Part shown: positions 26,186 through 35,433 of the stretch, in pieces
Position numbering within the stretch: the stretch's first letter is position 1
How the letters are laid out: each line of letters starts with the position of its first letter
NCBI GenBank assembly: GCA_036557525.1
Contig: DATBHH010000080.1
Span: 13,746-77,745, forward strand
Origin: Solirubrobacterales bacterium
GTDB lineage: Bacteria > Actinomycetota > Thermoleophilia > Solirubrobacterales > 70-9
Direction of reading: 5' to 3'
Length of the DNA stretch: 64,000 bases
The notes under the pieces: generated by a model
What the model saw: only the letters and a program-made list of their open reading frames with translations
Databases searched by the model: none
What the model was told of the DNA's origin: nothing
Made by a program: the position numbers and the translations under genes

Positions 26186-27028
26186 CTAGATCTCCGGAGC
26201 CGACGGCGTCGAGGCCGTGCGCAGAGCTCCGGCGCTGGCGCAGACGACGAGTGCTATCGCGATCAGCTGCGCCGCCGAGAGGCTCTGCGAGAGGGCGATG
26301 AAGCCGATCATCGCCGCGACCGCGGGCTCGAGGCTCATGAGCACGCCGAAGACTGCGTTTGGAAGCCGCCGCAGCGCCTCCAGCTCGAGCGCGTAGGGGA
26401 TGGCCGAACTGAGAAGGCCGGCGCCCAATCCCACCGCGAGGACAGCCGGGACGAAGAGGTCGGCGCCGCCGGCGGCGATGCCGACAGGCGTGACCAGCAG
26501 GGTGGAGAGCATCGCCGCGAGCGCCAGACCGCCGAGGCCGGGCTCGCGCCCGACCCTGGCGCTCTGGAGAATGTAGAGGCCCCAGAAGGCGCCGGCCGTC
26601 AGCGCCAGCGCAATCCCGAGGGCGTCGACCTCGCCGCCTCCGCCCTTGGAGAGGAGGACGATTCCGACCGTGGCGAGAATCCCCCAGACGGCATCGATGC
26701 GCCGTCGGGTGCCGAGGATCGCGACGCCAAGAGGCCCGACGAACTCGAAGGTGACGGCGACGCCGAGGGGCAGGCGGTCGATCGACTCGTAGAAGCAGAG
26801 GTTCATCGCCGCCAGGGCCAGCGCAAAGATCGCGACGTCCGTCATCTGCCTCCGGCCGACCCGGCGGACCTGACCGCGCGCCATGGCGGCGAGGGCGAGC
26901 GCCGCAAAGAGAGAGCGCAACAACACGGCTCCGGCCGGCCCGACTTCGTCGAACAGCGTCGTCGCCAGCGCCGCCCCGCACTGGACGGAGACGATCGAGC
27001 TGAGCACGAGTGCGACGGCGCGGCGCAT
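26186..27028 (-). CDS. EamA/DMT family transporter (RhtA-like)
   Basis: Ten-span hydrophobic profile with two EamA-like halves. ATG at 27028 preferred to TTG at 27046. Confidence 0.8.
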   Translation of the reverse strand: MRRAVALVLSSIVSVQCGAALATTLFDEVGPAGAVLLRSLFAALALAAMARGQVRRVGRRQMTDVAIFALALAAMNLCFYESIDRLPLGVAVTFEFVGPLGVAILGTRRRIDAVWGILATVGIVLLSKGGGGEVDALGIALALTAGAFWGLYILQSARVGREPGLGGLALAAMLSTLLVTPVGIAAGGADLFVPAVLAVGLGAGLLSSAIPYALELEALRRLPNAVFGVLMSLEPAVAAMIGFIALSQSLSAAQLIAIALVVCASAGALRTASTPSAPEI

Positions 27029-27076
27029 ACGGGGATGGACTCGCAAGGGCAGAGCACGATAGGCATGGGCCGCCGG

Positions 27077-27790
27077 ATGGGTTGGCAGCGTCTAGGCTGG
27101 ATCGAGCTTGTCCCGCACCCTTCGGAGCCACGGTTCTTGATCGAAGCGGTCGTCTTCGATCTCGACGGCGTCCTGATCGACTCCGAGTCGGTCTGGGACC
27201 GGACGCGGCGCAGCTACGTCGAGCAGCACGGGGGTCGCTGGAACGAACGCGCTACGCGGGAGATGATGGGCATGAGCTCGACCGAGTGGTCCCGCTACCT
27301 CGCCGAGCGGCTCGGGGTCGACCGGCCGCGGGAGACGATCGCGACCGAGGTCGCGGGCCAGGTCGGCGAGGCCTACCGCGAGCATCTGCCCCTCCTGCCG
27401 GGGGCCAGGGGGGCCGTGACGCGCCTTGCCGGGCACTGGCCCCTCGGGCTGGCTTCCTCGGCGAACCGCGAGCTGATCGACCTCGTGCTGCAGCTCGCCG
27501 ACCTCGACTCGTTCTTCGCCGCGACGGTCTCCTCCGAAGAGGTCAGCCGTGGAAAGCCGGCCCCCGACGTCTACCTGCTGGCGGCGAGCCGCCTCTCGGC
27601 GCAGCCGGAGCGCTGCGCGGCAGTCGAGGACTCCCGCAACGGGATCCTCTCCGCGGCGGCGGCCGCCATGCGCGTCGTCGCCGTGCCGAACCGGGACTTC
27701 CCCCCGGGCCAGGAGGCGCTGGCTGCGACCGATCTGGTCCTTGGCGAGATCGACGAGCTGACCGTCGAGGCGGTGTCCGAGCTGGGGTAG
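27077..27790 (+). CDS. HAD-superfamily hydrolase (subfamily IA)
   Basis: Motif I VVFDLDGVLIDSE, SSANRE (motif II-like), VEDSRNGILSA (motif IV). Start uncertain (27035/27065/27077). Confidence 0.8.
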   Translation: MGWQRLGWIELVPHPSEPRFLIEAVVFDLDGVLIDSESVWDRTRRSYVEQHGGRWNERATREMMGMSSTEWSRYLAERLGVDRPRETIATEVAGQVGEAYREHLPLLPGARGAVTRLAGHWPLGLASSANRELIDLVLQLADLDSFFAATVSSEEVSRGKPAPDVYLLAASRLSAQPERCAAVEDSRNGILSAAAAAMRVVAVPNRDFPPGQEALAATDLVLGEIDELTVEAVSELG

Positions 27791-27828
27791 CGGCGATCGC
27801 TGGCAGGCTCGCCGGGCGCGCCCGCCCT

Positions 27829-28254
27829 CTAGAGCCGCTCGCGCAGCTCGTGCGCGTCCTTTGCGAGCCCGCCCTCGAGGCGGTCCATCTCCTTGCTGCG
27901 CTGGTGGAAGAAGGCCCCGAAGGAGCCGGCCAGGGTGGCGACGACGGTGATCGCGTAGATGTCGAAGAAGAGCTCCAGGACCTTGCCGGCGTTGGTCGCC
28001 GGGTTGGCGACCGAGGAGGCGGTCAACAGCTGCGAGGTGGAGAAGAGGAAGGCGTCGAAGAGGTTGTGGATTTCGGTTCCCCGCGCGTGGCGCTCGGTCA
28101 GGAAGACGACGATCGTGCAGGCCACCGCGAACACCGCCGTGACGACGAAGATCGTCAGCAGCCGACGGCGCAGGTGCGCGTGCGTAGAGGTCTTCGCGCT
28201 CGCCACGGCGATCACCTCGCGGCGGGCGTGGTTCACGTGACGGCGCGCGTTCAC
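27829..28254 (-). CDS. two-TM ion-channel-like protein with degenerate pore signature
   Basis: TM1, pore helix and TM2 layout. DAFLFSTSQLLTASSVANP aligns with the DALYFS..TLTTVGYGD segment of K+ channel pores, but the filter sequence is not conserved. Confidence 0.5.
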   Translation of the reverse strand: MNARRHVNHARREVIAVASAKTSTHAHLRRRLLTIFVVTAVFAVACTIVVFLTERHARGTEIHNLFDAFLFSTSQLLTASSVANPATNAGKVLELFFDIYAITVVATLAGSFGAFFHQRSKEMDRLEGGLAKDAHELRERL

Positions 28255-28259
28255 GGCGA

Positions 28260-29000
28260 GTGATTATGGGATCAGGTGCGGTGGGAATGCCGGGGCGGTG
28301 CTATACACGCCCGGTGGCCGCCGATGCAGGGCTCGAAAGCTTCGCCGCCTACGCCGCGGCGCGCGGCCTGACGCTCGAGCCCGGCGCCCACCTGCCGCGC
28401 ACCACGCCGCTCCTCGCAGAGGGGGAGTTGCGCTCAGTCGACGCCCTGATGACCGGCTGGCTCGGGACCTACCTCGAAGCGCAGATGGCGCTGATCACCC
28501 GCGAGGAGACGACCACCGACGCCGCCGGCGGCGAGACCAGGGGCGACGCCCACTTCACCGTAGCCGTCGCGCACGTCCCCAGGGCCAAGCGGTTCATCCC
28601 CTGGCTGCTCTGCCGGCGGGCGGATGAGGGCGTCTTCGGCCGCGCCGCCGAGGCGCTGATCCATGGGCACGACCGCCTCGACCTCGAGAGCGCCGAGCTC
28701 GACAGCCGCTACCGGATCTATGTCTCTCCCGACAGCGACGCGGTCTGGGTCCGCGAGCTCTTCTCACCGAGCTTCATCGTCTTCCTGCTCGAACGGGCGC
28801 CGCGGGGGTTCGCCTTCGAGTACGTCGACGGGACCCTCTGCGTGAGCCTGGTCGGGCGCCGGACGCTGACCGAGGACCTCGACGCTCTGCGCGACGCGAC
28901 GGTCGAACTGGTCGGCCGCCTGCGGGCCGAGATCCGCGAGAGGCTCGGCTCCGCCCGGGGGCGGTCCTCGCCGAGCGCTCCGGGCTTCCCCGATCGGTGA
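28260..29000 (+). CDS. hypothetical protein
   Basis: ORF with genome-typical codon usage. Its stop overlaps the start of the S8 protease gene. No motif recognised. Confidence 0.5.
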   Translation: MIMGSGAVGMPGRCYTRPVAADAGLESFAAYAAARGLTLEPGAHLPRTTPLLAEGELRSVDALMTGWLGTYLEAQMALITREETTTDAAGGETRGDAHFTVAVAHVPRAKRFIPWLLCRRADEGVFGRAAEALIHGHDRLDLESAELDSRYRIYVSPDSDAVWVRELFSPSFIVFLLERAPRGFAFEYVDGTLCVSLVGRRTLTEDLDALRDATVELVGRLRAEIRERLGSARGRSSPSAPGFPDR

Positions 29001-31723
29001 CCGCGATGGCGTCGATGTTCAGGATGGGCTCCGTCTCCGTGGCGGCACTCTCGGCGATGCTGATTGCCGCCGGCAGCGCCGTGGCGGGGCCGCCGCCCGC
29101 GCCGGACCGGGTGATCGTCGAGTGGGCCCCGGGCGCGAATCCCGCCCAGCGCCGTGCGGTGCGCGAGGAAGCCGGCGTCGGCTTCGGCGAGGATCTCGGC
29201 GGTCGCCGCTTTCAGGTCGTCGAGACAGGGCCGGGGCAGACGCCGCGAGAGGCGGTCCGCGGGCTCGAGGCCGAGCCGGGCGTCGTCCTCGCCGAACGCG
29301 ACGGATACATCGGGATGGACGCGGTTCCCGACGACCCCCTTTTCGACCAGCTCTGGGGACTCCAGAACACCGGCCTTGGCATCGACGGCTTCTCCGGCGC
29401 CGTGGCGGGTGCCGACATCGACGCGAGCGGCGCCTGGGATCGGACGGTCGGCACTCCGACCACCGTCGTCGCCGACATCGATTCGGGCTACCGCTTCGAA
29501 CACCCGGACCTTGCGAACGTCGCCTGGACTAACCCGGATGAGATCCCGGACAACGGCATCGACGATGACCACGACGGGATCGTCGACGACGTCCACGGCG
29601 CCGACTTCGTCGGCGCCAACGCCGAATCGCCGACCCCCGACGGCGACCCGACCGACGACGATCTGTTCGAAGGCGGCCACGGAGTCCACACCGCGGGGAC
29701 GATCGGCGCTCAGGGGAACAACGAAATCGGGATCACCGGAGTCGCGCAGGACGTCAGCATCATGCCGCTGCGGGTCTGCTCCCATCTCCTCCTGGCCAAC
29801 GAAAGCTCCTGTCCGACCTCGGCCGTCATCGCGGCGATCAACTACGCCGGCGCCCATGGAGCGCGGGTGGCGAACATCTCGCTGGGGACCGCGGTCGGCA
29901 TCCCCACGGTCCGCGACGCGCTCGCCGCCAATCCGCAGACTCTGTTCGCGATCGCCGCGGGCAACAGGCACGAAGACAACGACGTCACGCCCCACTACCC
30001 GTGCGACTACGACCCCCTCGCCGAAGGCAAGGGCGCGGTCGACAACGTGATCTGCGTCGCCGCCACCGATCAGGCCGACCGGCTGGCCGAATTCTCGAAT
30101 TGGGGCGCGCGGACGGTCGACATCGGCGCACCGGGGACCCAGACGCTCAGCACCTTCCCGATCACACATCTGATCGCCGACGACTTCGAGGTCGACGACT
30201 TCGCCACCAGGTGGACCGCCACCGGGCCGGACGGAGGCTTCGCCCGCACCAACGAGCCGCCGCTGACCTCCTTTGGCATCACCGACACGCCCGGGGCGCC
30301 GCCCGACCCCGGCTCGACCCGGGCGTCGACGTCGGCCCCGGTCACGATCCCGCCCGGCTTCCAGGAATGCGTCGTGGAAGTGACCCGCCATGTCTCCGGC
30401 AACCACGTCGCCTGGTTCGATGTCCTGCTCGACGGAGAAATCGATCTCGGCTTCGGCAACACCACCTCCGGCCGCATATCCCACCGCCTCCTCGGCGACC
30501 TGAGCGAAGGCGGCGAAGTGGCCGTCGACGTCGAATACACGGCCGCCGAAAATCCCAGTCCCACCGCCGGCGCCTGGTTCGACGACATCGACCTGCACTG
30601 CATCTCGCAGGTCGGCGAACCGGGCGGATACGCCTTCATGGAAGGCACCTCGATGGCCACTCCGCACGTGACCGGCGCCGCCGCCCTGCTGTTTTCGATG
30701 AAACCGAGCGCGAGTGTCACCGAAGTCCGGCAGGCGCTGCTCGGGAGCGTCGATCCCGACCCGGCACTGGCTGGGAAAACGACCTCCGGCGGCCGCCTCG
30801 ACGTCTCCGCAGCTGTCGACCTCTTCGACTCGGTCCCGCCGCCGACCCCGATCCTGAGCTCCACCGACCCGCCCTCCCCGTCGACGAGCAACCAGCCGCG
30901 AGTGATCGGGTCCGCCCAACCCGGCACGACGGTCGACGTCTATGCCAACGCGAGCTGCGAAAGCCCTGCGGTGGCGAGCGCGAGTGCCGCCGAGCTCGCG
31001 GAAGCGGGCATCGCCGTCACCGTCGAGCGCGGAACCCTCACCGAGCTCTCCGCACGCGCAACCGACATGGTTCCTCTCGAATCGCCCTGCTCGGCGCCGA
31101 TCTCCTATACGGAGAGCAGCGACGTCGTGCCGCCGGCGCCACCCCAGCTCACCGGCACCGACCCGGCTTCGCCGAACGCGAGCGGCACCCCGCGGATCCT
31201 CGGCACCGCCGAGCCCGGGTCGGTGGTGAGGGTCCATGCGGGCTCGGTCTGCGCGGGCCCGCCGGTCGCCACCGCAGGCGCGGACGAGCTTGCCTCGCCG
31301 GGCATTCCGGTCGAGGTCGCCGAGGGCGAGACCGCCGTGTTCTCGGCGAATGCGACCGATGCGAGCGGCAACACATCGACCTGCTCGGCGCCGATCTCCT
31401 ACAGGCGCCTGGCGGCGAGCACCAAGCAGCGCGTGCAGGGGAATCCGGGGAGCGGCACCAGCACCGGCACCGTCACTCAGACCCCCGCGTGCATCGTCCC
31501 GAAGCTGGCCGGCAGGACGCTCCCGCGGGCGAAGGCGGCGTTGAGGGCGGCCGGCTGCAGGCTCGGCAGGGTGCGGAGGCCGCACCGGCCCAGGGGCCGG
31601 AGACGGCGGGCTCTGGTCGTCCGGTCCTCAGCGCCCGCGGTCGGCGCCAGTCCCGCCGACGGCAGGGTCAGCATCACGCTCGCGGCCAGACGGAGAAGGA
31701 CGTCTCGCCGCAGGGGTCGCTAG
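28997..31723 (+). CDS. exported subtilisin-like serine protease (S8) with two tandem Ig-like repeats and a PASTA-like, Arg-rich C-terminus
   Basis: Signal peptide. Catalytic triad motifs VVADIDSGY (Asp), HGVHTAGTIGA (His), GTSMATPHVTGAAALL (Ser). Tandem repeats about 95 aa each at roughly 30835..31120 and 31124..31407, both ending C(S/T)APISY. Then CIVPKLAGRTLPRAKAALRAAGCRLGRV. Confidence 0.85.
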   Translation: MTAMASMFRMGSVSVAALSAMLIAAGSAVAGPPPAPDRVIVEWAPGANPAQRRAVREEAGVGFGEDLGGRRFQVVETGPGQTPREAVRGLEAEPGVVLAERDGYIGMDAVPDDPLFDQLWGLQNTGLGIDGFSGAVAGADIDASGAWDRTVGTPTTVVADIDSGYRFEHPDLANVAWTNPDEIPDNGIDDDHDGIVDDVHGADFVGANAESPTPDGDPTDDDLFEGGHGVHTAGTIGAQGNNEIGITGVAQDVSIMPLRVCSHLLLANESSCPTSAVIAAINYAGAHGARVANISLGTAVGIPTVRDALAANPQTLFAIAAGNRHEDNDVTPHYPCDYDPLAEGKGAVDNVICVAATDQADRLAEFSNWGARTVDIGAPGTQTLSTFPITHLIADDFEVDDFATRWTATGPDGGFARTNEPPLTSFGITDTPGAPPDPGSTRASTSAPVTIPPGFQECVVEVTRHVSGNHVAWFDVLLDGEIDLGFGNTTSGRISHRLLGDLSEGGEVAVDVEYTAAENPSPTAGAWFDDIDLHCISQVGEPGGYAFMEGTSMATPHVTGAAALLFSMKPSASVTEVRQALLGSVDPDPALAGKTTSGGRLDVSAAVDLFDSVPPPTPILSSTDPPSPSTSNQPRVIGSAQPGTTVDVYANASCESPAVASASAAELAEAGIAVTVERGTLTELSARATDMVPLESPCSAPISYTESSDVVPPAPPQLTGTDPASPNASGTPRILGTAEPGSVVRVHAGSVCAGPPVATAGADELASPGIPVEVAEGETAVFSANATDASGNTSTCSAPISYRRLAASTKQRVQGNPGSGTSTGTVTQTPACIVPKLAGRTLPRAKAALRAAGCRLGRVRRPHRPRGRRRRALVVRSSAPAVGASPADGRVSITLAARRRRTSRRRGR

Positions 31724-32319
31724 CAGACCAGCGTCAGATCGACGGACTCCTGTTTGTTGGAGCCGTCGGCCTTCGCAAACGTCTTGATCTCGTTGGGAAT
31801 CAGCGGGTTTCGCAGCGTTTCGACGGTCCTCGTCTCAACGACGATCAGGCCCGAGGTCCGCAGCGCGGGGGTCGCGGTCGCGGCGCAGTTGAGGACGCTG
31901 CCGGGGAAGTCCACCTTGCAACCCGATGTCCCGACCGCGGACGCGGAGACGCCGCTCGGGAACGGAGCGGCCGCCGTGCAGTTGCCGTTGAGCGCGACGC
32001 CGTAGACGTTGGAGGCGCGGACGGAATTCAGCGTCGACTGATTGATGTTGGCGCCGGTCAGCGACCCGTCGGCGACGTTGGCGCCGGTCAGCGAGGAGGC
32101 TTTGACCTGGGTCCCGGTGATCGTCCCATTCGCGATCTTCGCGGCGGTGACCGCTCCCGTCTTGATCTTTGCGGTGGTGACCGAGTTCTTCTTCAGCTGA
32201 TTGGGGCCGACCGAGTTCTTCGCCAACTTGCCGGCCGCGTAGGCGGCTCCTCCTCCGACCAACAGGAAGAGGCAGAGGGTGGAAACGACATTCGAGTAGG
32301 TCAGCCTGGGGCGGATCAT
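31720..32319 (-). CDS. N-terminally anchored fibre-like protein (paralog of 16728..17420) with about 7 decapeptide repeats and a Cys-containing head
   Basis: MIRPRLTYSNVVSTLCLFLLVGGGAAYAAGKLAKNSVGPNQLKKNSVTTAKIKTGAVTAAKIANGTITGTQVKASSLTGANVADGSLTGANINQ. The N-terminal ~55 aa align with 16728..17420. Confidence 0.65.
   Translation of the reverse strand: MIRPRLTYSNVVSTLCLFLLVGGGAAYAAGKLAKNSVGPNQLKKNSVTTAKIKTGAVTAAKIANGTITGTQVKASSLTGANVADGSLTGANINQSTLNSVRASNVYGVALNGNCTAAAPFPSGVSASAVGTSGCKVDFPGSVLNCAATATPALRTSGLIVVETRTVETLRNPLIPNEIKTFAKADGSNKQESVDLTLVC
32047..32094. repeat. 30-bp-period tandem repeat inside 31720..32319
   Basis: GTTGGCGCCGGTCAGCGA occurs at 32047..32064 and again at 32077..32094. 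It encodes the SLTGANV/SLTGANI decapeptide units on the minus strand. Confidence 0.8.
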
Positions 32320-32425
32320 CAGCGTCCTCCTTGTTGCGACAACGATGGCCAGCGATCGGACGAGTCGGGGTGCTTCCTCCCCGCGTGAAGGCTATCTATC
32401 GCGATCGGCGTATCGCGATCTCCGG

Positions 32426-33634
32426 CTAGGTCGAGTCGAGGACCTGCTCGGCGGCGCGCCGCCCGCTGCGCAGTGCGCCCTCCATCAGGCCGTGCCACTC
32501 GCCGGCGGTGTGCTCGCCGGCGAAGTGCAGGGGCCCGATCGGACGCGCGAGATCGGCGTCGCGCAGCGGCGAGGAGAGGGCGCGGGCCGAGTAGGACCCC
32601 TGGGCCCAGGGGTCGTCGTGCCAGCTCGAGAGCAGCGCCGCGCCGGGGTCGGGATCGAGGTCGAGGTCGGTCCGAAGGGCCGTCAGCGCCTCGAGCCAGC
32701 GCCCGCTCGCCTCCGGACTGCTGATCTCGGCGACAGCGGCGGCGGTTCCGGTGTATGCGACCGCGTACGGGGCCGGGTCGCCGCCGGACCCGAGCTGGGT
32801 GTAGGACCAGAAATGCCCGGCCACCGACATGATCGCGCTCGGCGGCGCCGGCGAGCGGAGGCCGACGAACAGCTTCGAGTTCTGGCCGTAGGTGACGGCG
32901 CGGAGCGCCTCCGCGGTCGCCCCCTCCAGCGGCGGGTCGAAATCGATCTCGCCCAGCGGCCGGGTCGGGATCGCGATCACCGCCGCGTCGGCGACGACAT
33001 CCCCATCGTCGCTGGCGACCGTCACGCCACCACCGGCCCAGCGCACCCTCCTGACCGGAGACGAGAGCCGAACGGCGGGGCCGAGGTCAAACGCCAGCGC
33101 CTCGGCGAGCCGCATGTTGCCCCCGTCGAGCGTGTGGTTGTCGAAGTCGCCGAAGGTCGACGCGCCCTCGTCGAGGACCGATGGCTCGAGGTCGTCGGGG
33201 GGGTGGCCGTTGGATATCGCGACACGGGTCCGGATCAGGGCCGAGAGGGGCGGGTCGAGGTCGAGCGCGTCGATCGCGTCGGCCGCGCTCCCGGCGCCGG
33301 CGCGGACTCCCCCGGCCAGCCGCTCGAACGCCGACTCGAGGGCGGCCTGCGGGACCGCCTCCGGCCCGACCGGCACCCGCCGTCCGTACGGCGTTCCCTT
33401 GAGAGTCAGCGGAATTCGGAAGCGGGCGGCGAGTGCCGCCATCGTCTCGTAGCCGGGGAGGATGAACTCCGCACCCCGCTCGACGACGGCGCCATCGCCG
33501 AAGGGGACCGACCAGACCCGGCCACCGACCCGATCGCGGGCCTCTAGGACCGTCACCTCGGCGCCCGACGATCGCAGGGCGTCGGCCGCAGCGAGCCCGG
33601 CGAAACCGGCGCCGACGACGACAACCCGCTTCAT
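32426..33634 (-). CDS. flavin-containing amine oxidase
   Basis: Dinucleotide fold KRVVVVGAGFAGLAAADAL...VTVLEARDRVGGRV. C-terminal FAGEHT motif. Confidence 0.85.
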   Translation of the reverse strand: MKRVVVVGAGFAGLAAADALRSSGAEVTVLEARDRVGGRVWSVPFGDGAVVERGAEFILPGYETMAALAARFRIPLTLKGTPYGRRVPVGPEAVPQAALESAFERLAGGVRAGAGSAADAIDALDLDPPLSALIRTRVAISNGHPPDDLEPSVLDEGASTFGDFDNHTLDGGNMRLAEALAFDLGPAVRLSSPVRRVRWAGGGVTVASDDGDVVADAAVIAIPTRPLGEIDFDPPLEGATAEALRAVTYGQNSKLFVGLRSPAPPSAIMSVAGHFWSYTQLGSGGDPAPYAVAYTGTAAAVAEISSPEASGRWLEALTALRTDLDLDPDPGAALLSSWHDDPWAQGSYSARALSSPLRDADLARPIGPLHFAGEHTAGEWHGLMEGALRSGRRAAEQVLDST

Positions 33635-33733
33635 GTTCCCAGCCTAGACGCCCCCTCCGGTCGCGGCCCGACTGTAACGCCGCGCCGCCCCGCGGGACTG
33701 AACCGGCGTCACTCCAATCCGAAGGAGAGGGAA

Positions 33734-34855
33734 ATGAAATCGATAACTCGTGCCGCCGCGGCGGCATTCGCGCTCGCGGCGATGCTGGTCGCGCTGGGCG
33801 GGACCGCAAATGCGTCGCTGAGGCAGAGGCCTCCCGTGTTCGTCCAGAACGACAACCCGGCGGGCAACCAGGTGATCGCCTACGACCGTGCTCCCGACGG
33901 CAGGCTGTCGCAGGCGGGCGTCTACGACACGGGCGGCAAGGGCGGCGTCCTCGAAGGGTCGGCCGTCGACCACCTCGCCTCGCAGGGCGCTCTTGCGTAC
34001 GACAGCCAGCACGGCCTTCTCTTCGCTGTGAACGCCGGCAGCGACACGGTGTCGGTATTCGGTGTCTTCGGGGACCATCTGGCGCTGCGCCAGGTGATCG
34101 ACTCCGGCGGCTCGTTCCCGGTCAGCGTCGCCGTCCGGAGGGGGATCGTCTACGTTCTCAACGCCGAAGGCGAAGGCTCGATCCAGGGATACGCCGTCCT
34201 CGGCGACCGCCTGCTGCGGCTGCCAGGCTCCAACCGCTCGCTCGGCCTGGACCCGGCATTGAAGCCGCGCTTCACCAGCACCCCGGGGCAGGTTGCCTTC
34301 TCACCCGACGGCCGCCGGCTCGTGGTCACGACCAAGGGCAACGGCAGCGCCATCGACGTGTTCCGCATCCACCCGTTCGGACGCCCTTCGGCCGAACCGG
34401 TGGTGAACTCGCTTCCGGGCGAGGTGCCGTTCGCGGTCGACTTCGACAATCGGGGCCGGCTGCTGGTCGCCGAGGCCGGGACGAACGCGCTCGCGAGCTT
34501 CACGCTCAACGACGACGGGACGCTGACGAAGCTCGATTCCGTCGGCACCGGCCAGGCCGCGACATGCTGGGTCGCGGGCGCCGCCGGGTTCTTCTATGCC
34601 TCCAACGCCGGCAGCGCATCGCTCAGCCGGTTCGGGGAGGGGCTGAATGGAAGCCTGAGCCTGTTGGGCAACACGGGCACGGCCGGCGGCACGGTCGACG
34701 CGGCGATATCCGCCGACGGTCGCTTCCTCTATGTCCAGGCAGGCGCCGAAGGGTTGGTCGACGAGTTCGAAATCGGCGCGGGCGGAAGCCTGAGCGCCCT
34801 CGGCTCGGTCACCGTTCCGAGCGCCGTCGGCGGCGAGGGCATCGTCGCCCTCTGA
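33734..34855 (+). CDS. exported 7-bladed lactonase-type beta-propeller protein
   Basis: AAGGAGAGGG Shine-Dalgarno sequence. Signal peptide MKSITRAAAAAFALAAMLVALGGTANA. Repeated blades (LFAVNAGSD, VYVLNAEG, LVVTTKG, LLVAEAGTN, FYASNAGS, LYVQAGAEG). Confidence 0.75.
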   Translation: MKSITRAAAAAFALAAMLVALGGTANASLRQRPPVFVQNDNPAGNQVIAYDRAPDGRLSQAGVYDTGGKGGVLEGSAVDHLASQGALAYDSQHGLLFAVNAGSDTVSVFGVFGDHLALRQVIDSGGSFPVSVAVRRGIVYVLNAEGEGSIQGYAVLGDRLLRLPGSNRSLGLDPALKPRFTSTPGQVAFSPDGRRLVVTTKGNGSAIDVFRIHPFGRPSAEPVVNSLPGEVPFAVDFDNRGRLLVAEAGTNALASFTLNDDGTLTKLDSVGTGQAATCWVAGAAGFFYASNAGSASLSRFGEGLNGSLSLLGNTGTAGGTVDAAISADGRFLYVQAGAEGLVDEFEIGAGGSLSALGSVTVPSAVGGEGIVAL

Positions 34856-34920
34856 TCGCGACCACGCGAGCCGCGGCGTCCTCGGGCGCCGCGGCTCGCC
34901 GCCGGCCTGAGGGCGGCGAG

Positions 34921-35433
34921 CTATTGCGGCTCGAGCCCCAGCCGCTCGCTCAGCCAGGCGGCCTGGGCCGCGCGCTCGGCGCGGAACCCGTCGGGGCCAT
35001 CGATCTCTTCGGCGATCCTGGCGGCGGCGAAGCCCGCCGGCCCCGGGCCCTGGGAGGCGAGCGAGTCGACCAGCTCGTCCCAGTCGGCGAGGGTCGGCGC
35101 GGCGCTCGCGGCGAGCCGGTGGGCGCGCTCTCCGCACATCCGCTGGTAGGAGGCGCGCACCTCCTCCTCCCAGGCGTCGATGTGCCTCAGCAGCCGGCCC
35201 CGGACGGCGACGACCTTGCTGGCGGATTCGACGATCTCGCCCTCGAGCTCGATCTCGTAGAGCGAGTGACCCGTCCAGTACGGGAGGTGCGCCGGGCGGC
35301 AGGCATGGATCCCGCTGCGGCAGGGATCGGCCGTGGCATTCACCCAGGCGCCGGGACGCCCGCCGGGCAGCTCCCAGCGATATCCGGAGAACGGGGCGGT
35401 TCCGTCGGCCCGCAGGAACTTGTAGCCGATCAC
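34921..35433 (-). CDS. hypothetical protein co-transcribed with the ECF sigma/anti-sigma pair
   Basis: The GTG at 35433 overlaps the anti-sigma stop (GTGA). Product begins VIGYKFLRADGTAPFSGYRWELP...GIHACR...LYEIELEG. The upstream part of ORF 34921..35565 is Arg-rich and implausible. Confidence 0.55.
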   Translation of the reverse strand: MIGYKFLRADGTAPFSGYRWELPGGRPGAWVNATADPCRSGIHACRPAHLPYWTGHSLYEIELEGEIVESASKVVAVRGRLLRHIDAWEEEVRASYQRMCGERAHRLAASAAPTLADWDELVDSLASQGPGPAGFAAARIAEEIDGPDGFRAERAAQAAWLSERLGLEPQ

